DNA of 64,000 bases, from contig CAXXKJ010000002.1 in assembly GCA_963675295.2 (NCBI GenBank), forward strand, positions 768,001-832,000. The letters are read 5' to 3'. The notes under the pieces were generated by a model that saw only the letters and a list, made by a program, of their open reading frames with translations, had not been told where the DNA came from and searched no databases. Numbering within the stretch: position 1 is the first letter of the stretch; each line of letters opens with the position of its first letter. The position numbers and the translations under genes are program-made. This document shows, piece by piece, positions 18,538-28,631 of this stretch. This stretch comes from a bacterium (GTDB lineage: Bacteria > Electryoneota > Electryoneia > Electryoneales > Electryoneaceae).

Positions 18538-20283
18538 TCAACGTACCAACATCACCTTTTGCACGTGATCCAGTTCATCCTGTACTGTCGCATGAATGAA
18601 GTAAATACCGCTTGACAGGTTTGATCCATCTAAGGTAAACGTGTGGTTGCCCGCTGCGAAATGACCGTCTGCCAGGGTGGCGACGTGTTGGCCCAAGGCG
18701 TTGTAAACGGTGGCGTGAACCTTCGAGGGATCAGGGAGGAAAATGGTTAGCGTTGTTGAAGCGTTGAATGGATTCGGGTACACGGACAGGGTTGGTTCGG
18801 AAGGAAGCTGTTCTGTCGCAAGATCGTCCGGATCGTCAACACCCACTTCGCCCTTCTGGATCTGGATCGTGCCGAGGCCCATGTTGGACGCCTGGTCGGG
18901 GTGGTTGCCATAGTGCAGCTCGACCGTGTACTCACCATCGGGCCAGGCTTCCGGGATGACGAGCGTCTCGTTCCCGGTGGAGATGTCAACGCCGGGTTGC
19001 AGCGTCACCACGGTCGCCGGATAGGTTTCGGTGAAGCCGTCCGGGCCGGTGACATACACATACCGGTCAAGGTCAGTGGCGTTGACGAAGATGTTCGACG
19101 TCAGTTCGTCGAAGACGAGTGTCCCGCCGGTGGATGGGAACAACGTGTCTTCCGCCGACAACTCGACCTGCACCTCCGGCTCCCATTTGATTAGAACCAA
19201 GTCTTCGGGGTCGTACAGGCCTGAAAATCGTGGCCACAATGCAGCGACAATACCACCGTCACGTCCTTGGGTGACCGAAACCAGTTCACCACCCGTACTT
19301 TCGTATTCCCACAGGAGTTCGCCGTCGGAGGAGACCTTCGCCAACGACATATGGTATTCATAGTTTTCATCATTGAACATGCCCACGACTGCTACAGATC
19401 CATCTGCAAGAATATCAAGTTCGAGAAACTCCGCGAACCGATCTTGAATCGTTGGTAGAGTTAAACCCCAGATCACTGTGCCATCGGGATTACGTTTTGA
19501 GACATACCGTAGAGCATCACCGTCTGATACCTGACCACATGTATACAGGAAACCCGATTCATCCTCACGGACACAGTAGTTGATTCCTCGCAGCGTATCC
19601 CCGACGACAGAGCCATAGTCATCCCAGACAAACTCGCCGGATGCATCGACTTTGTACAAGTAAGGTTTCCCATTTTCCCCGTGAATTCGTGAAGATGGCA
19701 CAATGAATCCGCCGTCCTGAGTGGGTTCAACCCAGTCGGAAACCGGCATGTTGATGTGCTCGAGACGCCAGAGAACTTGGCCGGTGTTGGATAGACGGTA
19801 CAGGAAATGGTCATCAGCGGTGCCCACCGCGACATACCCTCCGGCCGGTGCCTCGCGGATACAGGTGAAGTAGTCATCTCCGTCATAGGCAAACATTTGC
19901 AACCATTCCTGGTTGCCGTCGGCGTCGAGCTTGCGGACAAATGCGTCAAACTGCATCCCAACCTGTGTGTCCCCGCACTGGATGAACCCGCCGTCCGATG
20001 CTGGCTCGATATGATGGCCGTAGTCAGCGAGGTCTTGTCCTTCCAGCGAGAACCAGATTTCATTGCCACCGTCATCTAGATGAGTCGTTGCAACTTGGAT
20101 ATCAGCCCCTTCCCACATGTGCCCTGTAGCTAGGTAACCGCCTACTGGAACTGCAGTAACACATCGAAATTTCTCGTAGTCGCTTTCAGTTCCCCAGACC
20201 CTTGTCCACAACGTGTCGGGGGGTTGAGCGAGTGCAGGTAGTGCAAACAATAGAACAAGCGAAAGTGCGGTGTACGTTCTCAT
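18538..20283 (-). CDS. T9SS cargo B, tandem paralog of A
   Basis: Same signal peptide MRTYTALSLVLLFALPA and near-identical upstream ~30 bp; YPNPFN CTD. Confidence 0.9.
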   Translation of the reverse strand: MRTYTALSLVLLFALPALAQPPDTLWTRVWGTESDYEKFRCVTAVPVGGYLATGHMWEGADIQVATTHLDDGGNEIWFSLEGQDLADYGHHIEPASDGGFIQCGDTQVGMQFDAFVRKLDADGNQEWLQMFAYDGDDYFTCIREAPAGGYVAVGTADDHFLYRLSNTGQVLWRLEHINMPVSDWVEPTQDGGFIVPSSRIHGENGKPYLYKVDASGEFVWDDYGSVVGDTLRGINYCVREDESGFLYTCGQVSDGDALRYVSKRNPDGTVIWGLTLPTIQDRFAEFLELDILADGSVAVVGMFNDENYEYHMSLAKVSSDGELLWEYESTGGELVSVTQGRDGGIVAALWPRFSGLYDPEDLVLIKWEPEVQVELSAEDTLFPSTGGTLVFDELTSNIFVNATDLDRYVYVTGPDGFTETYPATVVTLQPGVDISTGNETLVIPEAWPDGEYTVELHYGNHPDQASNMGLGTIQIQKGEVGVDDPDDLATEQLPSEPTLSVYPNPFNASTTLTIFLPDPSKVHATVYNALGQHVATLADGHFAAGNHTFTLDGSNLSSGIYFIHATVQDELDHVQKVMLVR

Positions 20284-20557
20284 GGTTTCATCCTCGCAGA
20301 TTGTTGATATTTCGCCTGTCAGAAGTAGACTAGAGAGCGGTATTAGCGAATGTGCTTGACACGATAACTTCAACGTTCTAAGTTAATATATGAATCTGAC
20401 TCAATCAGCTGGCTCTTCCTCACTTCTCTGCGTTCCGTTCGGAATGACACCCCGTCTGTGCCTGTTTACTCGTCTGTCCTCTTTACTGTAGAGCTGAGAT
20501 CCTCGTTGCTGTACAAACTGGTACCGGCCCGGCGCAGCGAGCACGATGGGTCGCTGT

Positions 20558-21559
20558 TTAGCTGTCGATCACGACCATCGTGTAGGTCTGGCTGCCGAGG
20601 CCGAGTTGTTCGGCGTGGTCGAGGGTGTGCATGCCGTGGCGCGATTCGATGCGTTCCCGCAGGGACGCGCTTTTATCCGTGTCGGCGGCGTAGACCAGGT
20701 CGACGCAGGCTTTGTCCAGCGCGACGGGATCAAGGGATGCGAGAATCCCGATGTCCTCGAGTTCCGGCGGGGCCGGGTTGTTGTTGCAGTCGCAGTCGAT
20801 GGACAGATTGTTCATCAGGTTGATGTAGACCAGGTTTTCGCCGAGGCTGTTGATGATCGCCCCGGCAGCTTCGGCCATCGATTCGAGGAAATGGTCCTGC
20901 GGTGTGCTGAAGCAGACGGAGAAATCGTCGCGGCTGGTGGTTCCGCCGGCGGTGTGAATCCACATCTTGCCTTCACCGGAGGCGATACCGATCGACATGT
21001 TCTTGATCGCGCCCCCGAACCCGCCCATCTGGTGACCCTTGAAGTGGGACAGGATGAGGAACGAGTCGTAGTTGACGAAATTCGCGCCGACGTAATCCTC
21101 GGTGATATGCTTCCCTTTCGGGAACGGCAGCCGGATCGAACCGTCCTTGTCCATGATATCCACCGGCGCGATGTCGGCGAAGCCGTGATCGACCATCACC
21201 TGCTGGTGGTCGGCGGCGTCGAACCGTCCGCCGGGATACGCCGTGTTGCACTCGACGATCGTACCGTTCAACGATTGCACCAGGTTCTTGATGATCGCCG
21301 GGTCCGGGAAGTGGTGCCCGCCGGGTTCGCCGGAATGCAGTTTGACCGCGACCTTGCCGGGCAGGGTACGGTTCTCTGTGACGACCTCGTGAATCTTCAT
21401 CAGGCCGGCGGAGCTGATGTCGGTGGTGAAGTAGACGCGGGACTGGCCGGGTGTGTCGGCGAAGGCGCTGGCGACGTTGTCCAGGTCGCTGAGCGCGATG
21501 GCACCGATGGCGAACGCGCTTTGCTTGAGAAAACTGCGGCGTGAATCGTGCGTGTCCAT
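20558..21559 (-). CDS. Tat-exported DUF362 family protein
   Basis: SRRSFLK twin-arginine motif; KVAVKLHSGEPG, ECNTAY, SHFKGH..GGFGGAIKN, DCDC, SLDPVALDKAC. Confidence 0.85.
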   Translation of the reverse strand: MDTHDSRRSFLKQSAFAIGAIALSDLDNVASAFADTPGQSRVYFTTDISSAGLMKIHEVVTENRTLPGKVAVKLHSGEPGGHHFPDPAIIKNLVQSLNGTIVECNTAYPGGRFDAADHQQVMVDHGFADIAPVDIMDKDGSIRLPFPKGKHITEDYVGANFVNYDSFLILSHFKGHQMGGFGGAIKNMSIGIASGEGKMWIHTAGGTTSRDDFSVCFSTPQDHFLESMAEAAGAIINSLGENLVYINLMNNLSIDCDCNNNPAPPELEDIGILASLDPVALDKACVDLVYAADTDKSASLRERIESRHGMHTLDHAEQLGLGSQTYTMVVIDS

Positions 21560-21671
21560 GCTTCCCCCAAAGTCAGGATTCCGGAATATACAACGTTTTC
21601 AGTCGTTTGACCGGGCGCTCAGACCATGCGTTTCACAAATCATCCCTCCCCGGACGTGTGCCCGGAGAGGG

Positions 21672-21918
21672 ATGGATGCAGTCACAGCGAAGGCGACGCC
21701 GGAGGTGCCGAATCTCGGGCTCACGTTCTTTCTGGGCAAACGTCAGATGGCTGCGGCGGCTGATGCTGAGTGAGAAGGTGGACGCCGGCGACGCGGCGTT
21801 CGAGGTGGGGTACGAAAGCCCGTCCCAGTTCAGCCGTGAGTTCAGCCATGAGTAGAGCCGGCTGTTCGGTGCGCCGCTAAGGGATATTCGGAACCTTACG
21901 CAGGCGGCTGCAGGGTAA
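21672..21918 (+). pseudogene. Remnant of an AraC (YqhC-like) regulator
   Basis: RRLML....DA..AAFEVGYESPSQFSRE(FSHE)*SRLFGAP.RDI; 12-bp tandem duplication 21829-21852, TAG at 21853; most of the gene deleted. Confidence 0.8.
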
Positions 21919-21992
21919 ATGTAGACACGGAATTGTGGCCCGGCTTGGTCTGTATCAAGTCGGGTGTCGTGGTGTTCAAGCGGCGAGAAAAC

Positions 21993-22024
21993 GCCCCTGT
22001 GACCCGATATGCCCCTGTGACCCG
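21993..22024. repeat. 14-bp direct repeat GCCCCTGTGACCCG x2
   Basis: Copies at 21993 and 22011; shares TGTGACCCG with the REP-like palindrome. Confidence 0.7.
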
Positions 22025-22079
22025 CGCGTGTGTTTGCGCGGTTCGCAGGGGTTCGTCTTACCTGGAACGTTTCGCAGGC

Positions 22080-22109
22080 GGGGTGGCCCGGGTCATCTTG
22101 TGACCCGGG
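22080..22109. repeat. REP-like palindrome copy 2
   Basis: GGGGTGGCCCGGGTCATCTTGTGACCCGGG, 2 bp past the stop codon of 22112-23674. Confidence 0.8.
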
Positions 22110-22111
22110 TG

Positions 22112-23674
22112 TCATTCGGTTTGGGCGGCGATGACTGGTCCGTCAAACGGCGCGGCGACGACACCGCGAGTGCGAGTCGGATCGAGGTTGACCTCAGTTC
22201 CGCCGGTGACGGTCAAGGTGAAATAGTCCTGGACGACATGCTGCGGATTGCCGGGTTCATATGTGCCGGCACGGAGGATGTAGTTGTATTCTCCACTCGC
22301 CGCGTCCGCCGGGATGTTCTGCCGCAAGTCGGCTTCATAGACGCCGTTCGCGGGGACAGTGATGTTTTCCCACACACGCAACGGTTCGGAAGGGTAGCCG
22401 TCCGGTCCACGCACGATCACCCAGATGTCAGTAGTGATGTCCGCGTCCGTGTTGTTGGTCAATGTGCCATGCCAGAAGAACCGGCCGGGAGCGGGAACGG
22501 CGGACACGTCGGCATAAGCATCAACCGCGATCTCGAAGTCGGTGGGATCAGGTTGCAGACGTGCGAGAAAGTCACAATCGGAACCTTCATAGTTGGTCAG
22601 ATCACCGAACAGGGAAATGTGGCCATCACTGTGAATGATCACGTCATAATCCAGAATCTCATCATAATCGAAACCGCTTACTGAATAGTCATCCTGCCAG
22701 AGTTGCGTGTAGGTGGCATCATAACGCGTCAGGATGATTGCTGAGCGTTGTGGATATTCCCGATATTGCGTGCAAGTCGCAAGGTATCCACCATCAGGCA
22801 TAGCCCAGATTTTGTGATTGATTGCGTTGTCAACATCGGGAGCTTCCATCGTGCGTAACAGATCGCCATCTGGTGTGATTTCTATTGCATAATAATAATC
22901 TACATAAGGATTAAAAGCGAAATAACCAGCCATGAATAGATTACCGTCTGAATTAAATAAAATAGAATGTGCAGAGATAGGCGTATCATAACACTGATAA
23001 TTAAAAACACCTATCTCTATACCATCGGAATTTATCTTCTTAATACTTAAATGCCTTTCAGGGATTGAATACACTCCCACGGGAGCGAATATATATCCCG
23101 ATACGTTTGAACCAACAACCGTGATAGCATTGATGAAGTCTGGAGATGAATAATCATTAATCCACTGTAAATGTCCATTTTCATCGTATTTTCGTACAAA
23201 GGATGATATTGGAATGGGAAAATGATCTAAATAACCTCCTGATATATATCCGCCATGAGAATAGTGATTAACGTCAAAGGTGCCCCCCAATACTCTGTCA
23301 GATACCCATTCTAATCCGTTATCATAGGATAATAAACAAAAGGAACTTGAATCATTGACTTCACCAACCCTAGTAGTTATTTCTCCTGTATCAACTTGTA
23401 CAAGATATTGAGCAGATGCTGGATTTGGAACTAGATTTGATTCTAGAAACGCCCCCCCTGGTCCAACTTCACTAATAATCCGGTTGTAAGTGGAATTCCC
23501 ATAGGTGAGAAGGTAATGCCCGTTTTCCAATTCAATGCAATCCCAGATCGCTCCCCCATTTACTCCAAATAGCTGTTCCCATTCCAGAGTAATTTGCGCA
23601 TTAACAGGAGACAACGTGCCAAGAATTAGCGGGATAACAAATAGGCCAGATCGCAGCCAGATCAATGTTTTCAT
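22112..23674 (-). CDS. Secreted propeller + Ig-like stalk protein lacking a T9SS CTD
   Basis: GAGG RBS, signal peptide (VNA/QITLEW); KYDENG..QW type blades; stalk NNTD..DIW...IPADAASGEY; no PNPFN. Confidence 0.8.
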   Translation of the reverse strand: MKTLIWLRSGLFVIPLILGTLSPVNAQITLEWEQLFGVNGGAIWDCIELENGHYLLTYGNSTYNRIISEVGPGGAFLESNLVPNPASAQYLVQVDTGEITTRVGEVNDSSSFCLLSYDNGLEWVSDRVLGGTFDVNHYSHGGYISGGYLDHFPIPISSFVRKYDENGHLQWINDYSSPDFINAITVVGSNVSGYIFAPVGVYSIPERHLSIKKINSDGIEIGVFNYQCYDTPISAHSILFNSDGNLFMAGYFAFNPYVDYYYAIEITPDGDLLRTMEAPDVDNAINHKIWAMPDGGYLATCTQYREYPQRSAIILTRYDATYTQLWQDDYSVSGFDYDEILDYDVIIHSDGHISLFGDLTNYEGSDCDFLARLQPDPTDFEIAVDAYADVSAVPAPGRFFWHGTLTNNTDADITTDIWVIVRGPDGYPSEPLRVWENITVPANGVYEADLRQNIPADAASGEYNYILRAGTYEPGNPQHVVQDYFTLTVTGGTEVNLDPTRTRGVVAAPFDGPVIAAQTE

Positions 23675-23844
23675 TGTCAACCTCACAAATCGTGCGGCGC
23701 TCGCGGAGCGTAAATGTAATGTTTCAGCATGCCCAACCCGGCAACCCCTGTAGCCGGCGCAAATCACCAGCTGAGTTGGCACATACACCAAAGTTAAAAT
23801 AGGTTGATATCGAGACCGCGCAAAGCGGTTACCAGATTCAGCAC

Positions 23845-23871
23845 AAAAAACGGGGAGCACAAAGCTCCCCG
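23845..23871 (-). terminator. purH terminator
   Basis: CGGGGAGC/GCTCCCCG stem with A6 on + strand. Confidence 0.8.
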
Positions 23872-23913
23872 AAATGGTCGACAGATAAAATGGTACTACA
23901 GGCTATCACTTCC

Positions 23914-25515
23914 TTATGCATGCCGGAAGTGTCGTCGGCCGGTGAAGATCATCGCGATGCCGCGTTCGTTGGCGGCGTCGATGACTTCCTGGTCACGGAC
24001 GGATCCGCCGGGCTGGATGATGGTTGTCGCGCCGGCGTCCGCAGCGGCGAGCAGGCCGTCCGGGAACGGGAAGAACGCGTCGGACGCAAGCACGCTGTCG
24101 CTGAGCTCAAGGCCGGTCTGTTGTGCTTTCCAGTGGGCGAGGTGGACAGCGTCCACACGGCTCATCTGGCCCGCGCCCATGCCGAGAGTCGCGCCGTGAC
24201 GCACGAAGCAGACAGCGTTCGACTTGACGTACTTGCAGACGATCCAGCCGAACTTGAGGTCGGCGAATTCCTGGTCGCTGGGCTGCCGTTCGGTGACCAC
24301 TTTCCAGCCGTCCAGTTCCGGGAAGCCGGCGTCCCGATCCTGCACAAGCAGTCCACCGGCGACGCGGCGGAAGTCATGCCCGAACGGCTGCGCGGCGGCG
24401 GCCGGAGCGACCAGCAGACGCAGGTTCTTCTTTTTCTTGAGTAGTGCGAGCGCGTCGTCATCGTAGCCCGGCGCGACGATCACCTCGGTGAACGCCTTGT
24501 TGATCTGCTGCGCAGTAGCGAGATCGCAGGTGCGGTTCATGCCGACGATTCCGCCGAACGCGCTGAGCGGATCGCACGCCCGCGCTTTGGCTTCGGCTTC
24601 GGCGAGGTTGTCGCCGACACCGACGCCGGACGGTGTCGTGTGCTTCAGGATCGCGACGGCAGGCTGGTCGAACTCGAACGGCATCAACAGCGCGATGTCG
24701 GCGTCAATCAGGTTGTTGAACGACAGCTCCTTGCCATGCAACTGCTCGCACGCCGCGACGCCACGCTCTTCCTCGCCTTCCATCCGGTAGAATGCCGCCG
24801 CCTGGTGCGGGTTCTCGCCGTAGCGCATCGTCTGCTGCAGGTTGAAGTTGAGCTGCATTTTGGCGGGCCACGTGGACTCGCCGTCAGCGGGAGCGTCCAG
24901 GTTCTTCTCGGTTTCGCCGATGTACTTCGTCATGAACCAGTCGGAGATGTGGCGGTCGTAGCGGGCGGTCATTTCGAACGCGTCCGCCGCGAACTGCCGC
25001 CTGGTAGCATCCTGCAGACCGCCGGATTCGCTGAGCTGGGCGATGACGGTGTCGTACTGATCGACGGAGGTTACGACGCCGACGAACTTGTGGTTCTTCG
25101 CCGCGGCACGGATCATCCCGGGACCGCCGATATCGATCTGTTCGATGATCTGTTCGGGGGATTTGGATGCGTCGGCGGCGGTTTTCTCGAACTCGTAGAG
25201 GTTGATCACGACGAGGTCGATCGGGTGGATCGCCTGCTGCTTCGCTTCGTCGAGGTCTTCGGCGTTGTCGCGGCGCATCAGGATGCCGCCGTGGACTTTC
25301 GGATGCAGCGTCTTGAACCGGCCGCCGAACACTTCCGGGTAGCCGGTCAGCGCGGACACGTCCATGACCTCGTAGCCGGCGTCACGGATCGCTTTCGCGG
25401 TTCCGCCGGTGGAGATGATCTGGATGTTCTTTTCGGTCAGGGCTTTGGCGAGGTCGCCGAGCCGGGCTTTATCGGTGACGCTGATCAGCGCACGTTTGAT
25501 CGGGATGACGGACAT
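23914..25515 (-). CDS. purH: Bifunctional AICAR transformylase/IMP cyclohydrolase
   Basis: [61 protein letters not shown]. Confidence 0.98.
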   Translation of the reverse strand: MSVIPIKRALISVTDKARLGDLAKALTEKNIQIISTGGTAKAIRDAGYEVMDVSALTGYPEVFGGRFKTLHPKVHGGILMRRDNAEDLDEAKQQAIHPIDLVVINLYEFEKTAADASKSPEQIIEQIDIGGPGMIRAAAKNHKFVGVVTSVDQYDTVIAQLSESGGLQDATRRQFAADAFEMTARYDRHISDWFMTKYIGETEKNLDAPADGESTWPAKMQLNFNLQQTMRYGENPHQAAAFYRMEGEEERGVAACEQLHGKELSFNNLIDADIALLMPFEFDQPAVAILKHTTPSGVGVGDNLAEAEAKARACDPLSAFGGIVGMNRTCDLATAQQINKAFTEVIVAPGYDDDALALLKKKKNLRLLVAPAAAAQPFGHDFRRVAGGLLVQDRDAGFPELDGWKVVTERQPSDQEFADLKFGWIVCKYVKSNAVCFVRHGATLGMGAGQMSRVDAVHLAHWKAQQTGLELSDSVLASDAFFPFPDGLLAAADAGATTIIQPGGSVRDQEVIDAANERGIAMIFTGRRHFRHA

Positions 25516-25562
25516 GGTCGGGTTCTCCGGATGCGATGCGGGTGAGGGTTTCCGTTGGCGGG

Positions 25563-25591
25563 AGGATACACGTGTGGAACCCCCCTCGCAA
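25563..25591 (-). promoter_or_regulatory. Putative sigma70 promoter of purH
   Basis: TTGCGA-N17-TATCCT on - strand. Confidence 0.5.
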
Positions 25592-25647
25592 GCGTGGGAG
25601 GTGGAGTCCGGAGAGGGGAGAGGGCGAGAGACGGAAACCGACCGGCG

Positions 25648-26121
25648 TCAACGGCTCAGCACATGCCAGCATTCGCTGTCACCGCGCGGGATGCAGCGTT
25701 CAATCTCATAGCGCAGGGTCGGGTTGAGGCCGTGGACGAGGGCCTCCTCCATCGTGGTGTGTGCGGCGCAGATTTCGGGACGGGTGAACGGGTACGGGCA
25801 GCGTGGCACGGCGATGATGACGCGGTCGTCATTCCACTCTGTGACCTCGCCCTCGGCACGGACGCCGTTGAACACACGCAAGAGGAATTTGCCGGTTTCG
25901 TGCAGGCTGAGTTCGTCCTGCCGTTCACGCACTCGCGCGGCGATCTCGCTGCCGTAGTCGCGGCTGATTTCCTCGATTAACGCGAGGCCGTCCTCGCCGA
26001 ACCGATCCTCGATGGCTTCGTACAATTTCCTGATGCGGGTCAGCAGCCCGCGCACGGTGGAGTGGTATTGCTTTTCGACGGGGAGGTCGGTGAACTCAAG
26101 GTCCGGCGGCAGCTTGATCAT
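25648..26121 (-). CDS. ATC-hydrolase/V4R-like domain protein
   Basis: RCPY......C......E......NP........IPRGD..C cysteine pattern. Confidence 0.7.
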   Translation of the reverse strand: MIKLPPDLEFTDLPVEKQYHSTVRGLLTRIRKLYEAIEDRFGEDGLALIEEISRDYGSEIAARVRERQDELSLHETGKFLLRVFNGVRAEGEVTEWNDDRVIIAVPRCPYPFTRPEICAAHTTMEEALVHGLNPTLRYEIERCIPRGDSECWHVLSR

Positions 26122-26230
26122 CGCGTGTTCCTGCGCAGAGGTGTCCGGGGGCTGGGTGATGGGGGACGCGTGAATATACGGAGCGGAGTTCCCCTCTGCG
26201 CACGAACGGGGCTGTGTCAAGCCGTTGCCG

Positions 26231-28573
26231 CTATTTCAACAGGACCAGTTTGCGATTCTGCGTCTGCTCACCGGTGGAGAGCCGGAGATAGTAGGTGCCG
26301 GACGCCAGCGTGGCGGCGTCGAACACGGCTTCGCGGCTGCCGGGCGCACGCAGGCCTTCTGCCAACGTCGCGACGTGACGGCCGAGCACGTCGAACACGT
26401 CAAGCTTGACCGGCTGCGGTGTGTTCAGCGAATAGCGGACCGTTGTCGACGCGTTGAACGGATTCGGGTAGGCGTCCAGCGTGACAAATGTCGCGGGGTG
26501 CAGTACCCACGGATCGTGGACGGACTGTTCCGTGAAGTCGAGGTAGCCCAATCCGACTCCAGTGTCTATCCACAATCGTTGACGATAATTGTCATATTCA
26601 ATGTATAGTACAGACTGTCCTTGGTTTGCCCACGACAATTCTAAATCCTGTTCTTGCCACGACCAACCATAATCATAAGAAATATAAAGAGTTTTACGTA
26701 CTGAGGAACCGGCAACTATCATGTTAAGGCTATCATTAACGACTATATCCCATTTGAGATCTGTAGCATCCCATAAATCATCACTGATTATACCACGTTC
26801 TTGCCATTCGCTATTTAATGGCTTTGCATACAATGATGACAGGCCTCTTACATATATTGTATCTTGTGAAAGTAATGGTCTAGTCAAATGACCTAATAAG
26901 TATGCAGGATCAGGAAAATTTAAGTATGTCCAAGAATTCATATGATCATTAGACATTATTATATCTCCAGCATTTAAGTTAATACCGTAGAACATGTCTG
27001 ATTTGTATTGCATTTCTTTAAAAGTAAAATCCAACAAATTTGTACTCCATGTATTACCATAGTCGTTTGATATTTAAACCTCTTGATCTAATTCTTGGCT
27101 ACCAATCAGTATATTGTTAGTGTTTTCATTTATCAAATAAAAATGAGTTGGGCTTTCATAAATATTAAATATGCTATTTTGCGATGAATTCCAAGTTTGA
27201 CCGTTATTGAAACTAGTGAATAAGGTTAACTCATCTTGATATGAATCTATACCATGCATAATTTGAGCATAAATCATAATATCATTATTTATTACGATTG
27301 GTGTACATTGGTAATAACCATTTTGATTGATTGAAGGAACTATTTCATTAAATATAGTAGAATTATAAATAGAATATCGCAGTGAACCATCAATACCCGC
27401 TTGAAACACTCCGTATTCATCCGTAAGGATACCGTGCCACCAGTAACTTTCAACGCCACATGGCGGTTGAGGAACAGGATTCCAAGATTCACCACCATCG
27501 TCTGAACGATAGATACCGCCTCCAAAGAATACTACAAATAATAAATCGCTATATTGATTTCTATAGATTTCTGCACCTCTTTGGGCGTTGATAGGTAATC
27601 CACTGTACATTCTAGTCCATGTATTACCATAATCATCTGACATCCACAAGCCCGTGTTCGAATAAAAAGAAGCCAACAAACGACCTGGATATTCAGGTAC
27701 AGAGCAAAAACTAATTGGGTTACCAGGTGGAAAATCATTAGTAGTAATCCAATCCCAACTAACGCCATTGTCGAATGAGATAATAAAAGGAGAGTGGTTT
27801 ACGGAAGGGTCCTAAGAACACAAAGCTATTAGAGTATTATTATTTAACCGTTCCATGGCTATTATAAAACCTGTGTCTTCTGTCAATTCCTCCATATCCG
27901 TAATTCTTAACCAAGTTAAACCAGCATCATAACTAGCGATAATCCCGCCAACATCCGGTCCTGTATTTCCTTGATCCGGTCCCCAACTGCCAAAGACATA
28001 AAGGGTATTGCTGTTATCAGGATCAATATACATTCCTTCTACACCTCTTGTGATAGGATCAATGTCAACGACTTGCCAGATACCAGGATAATTACTATAA
28101 GCAAATCCAGAATCACGTGCATTATAGACGCGATCAGCAGGCGTGAGAGGAAATGTTATGTGATCATTACGTACATTATCGAGTGAATCGGGCCAGTAAG
28201 GATCCAAGTCAAAACGGGACCAAGTAGAGCCACCATCATAACTATGAAATTCTGTCCCATTATAATCAGGAGAAATTGTGTATATATCAACAACTAGTGT
28301 ATCTGCACTAGGGCCAAAAACTTGAGGTGTGTAATTAAGTGGAAATACTACTTCAGAATTACATATGCGTTCGTTTATCGGTATCCAAGTATATCCTCCG
28401 TTCTCAGTAAGCCATATGCCGCCAGATTTTAAACTGAGAAAAATTCGATCTCCTGATGCGTCTGATGCTATACCAATAGGCGAGCACTCGCCCACGGTAA
28501 CGTATCCCCAATCAGCTTGAGATAGACTAGCGAGGAGAAGTGTAAACATTATTATGTGTGATATCTTAGCCAC
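26231..28573 (-). pseudogene. BNR/Asp-box propeller T9SS protein (~780 codons) with two in-frame stops
   Basis: Three listed ORFs share one frame; TAG at 27812-27814 and TAA at 27074-27076 interrupt continuous S.D.G.TW repeats; signal peptide and YPNPFN CTD intact. Confidence 0.85.
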
Positions 28574-28588
28574 AAGAACTCCGGTAAA

Positions 28589-28621
28589 GAATCAACGGCG
28601 GATATTATCCGCCGTTGATTC
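28589..28621. repeat. Perfect 16-bp inverted repeat between co-oriented genes
   Basis: GAATCAACGGCGGATA-T-TATCCGCCGTTGATTC. Confidence 0.85.
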
Positions 28622-28631
28622 ATATCTTCTC

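Noticed and set aside
16656-20283. Diversity-generating retroelement TR/VR pair
   Set aside because: In the stretch compared, differences are not adenine-specific and include indels; both copies are full genes; no reverse transcriptase in the window
20411-20450. Half of a GTCATTCCGAAC...GTGAGGAA REP-like element
   Set aside because: Single degenerate copy with no partner arm in the window
25516-25647. ZTP (pfl) riboswitch upstream of purH
   Set aside because: Putative promoter leaves only a ~40-nt leader and no ZTP consensus is recognisable
27074-27814. Stop-codon recoding or pyrrolysine
   Set aside because: Two different stops are involved, TAA and TAG terminate many intact genes here, and no pyl genes are visible
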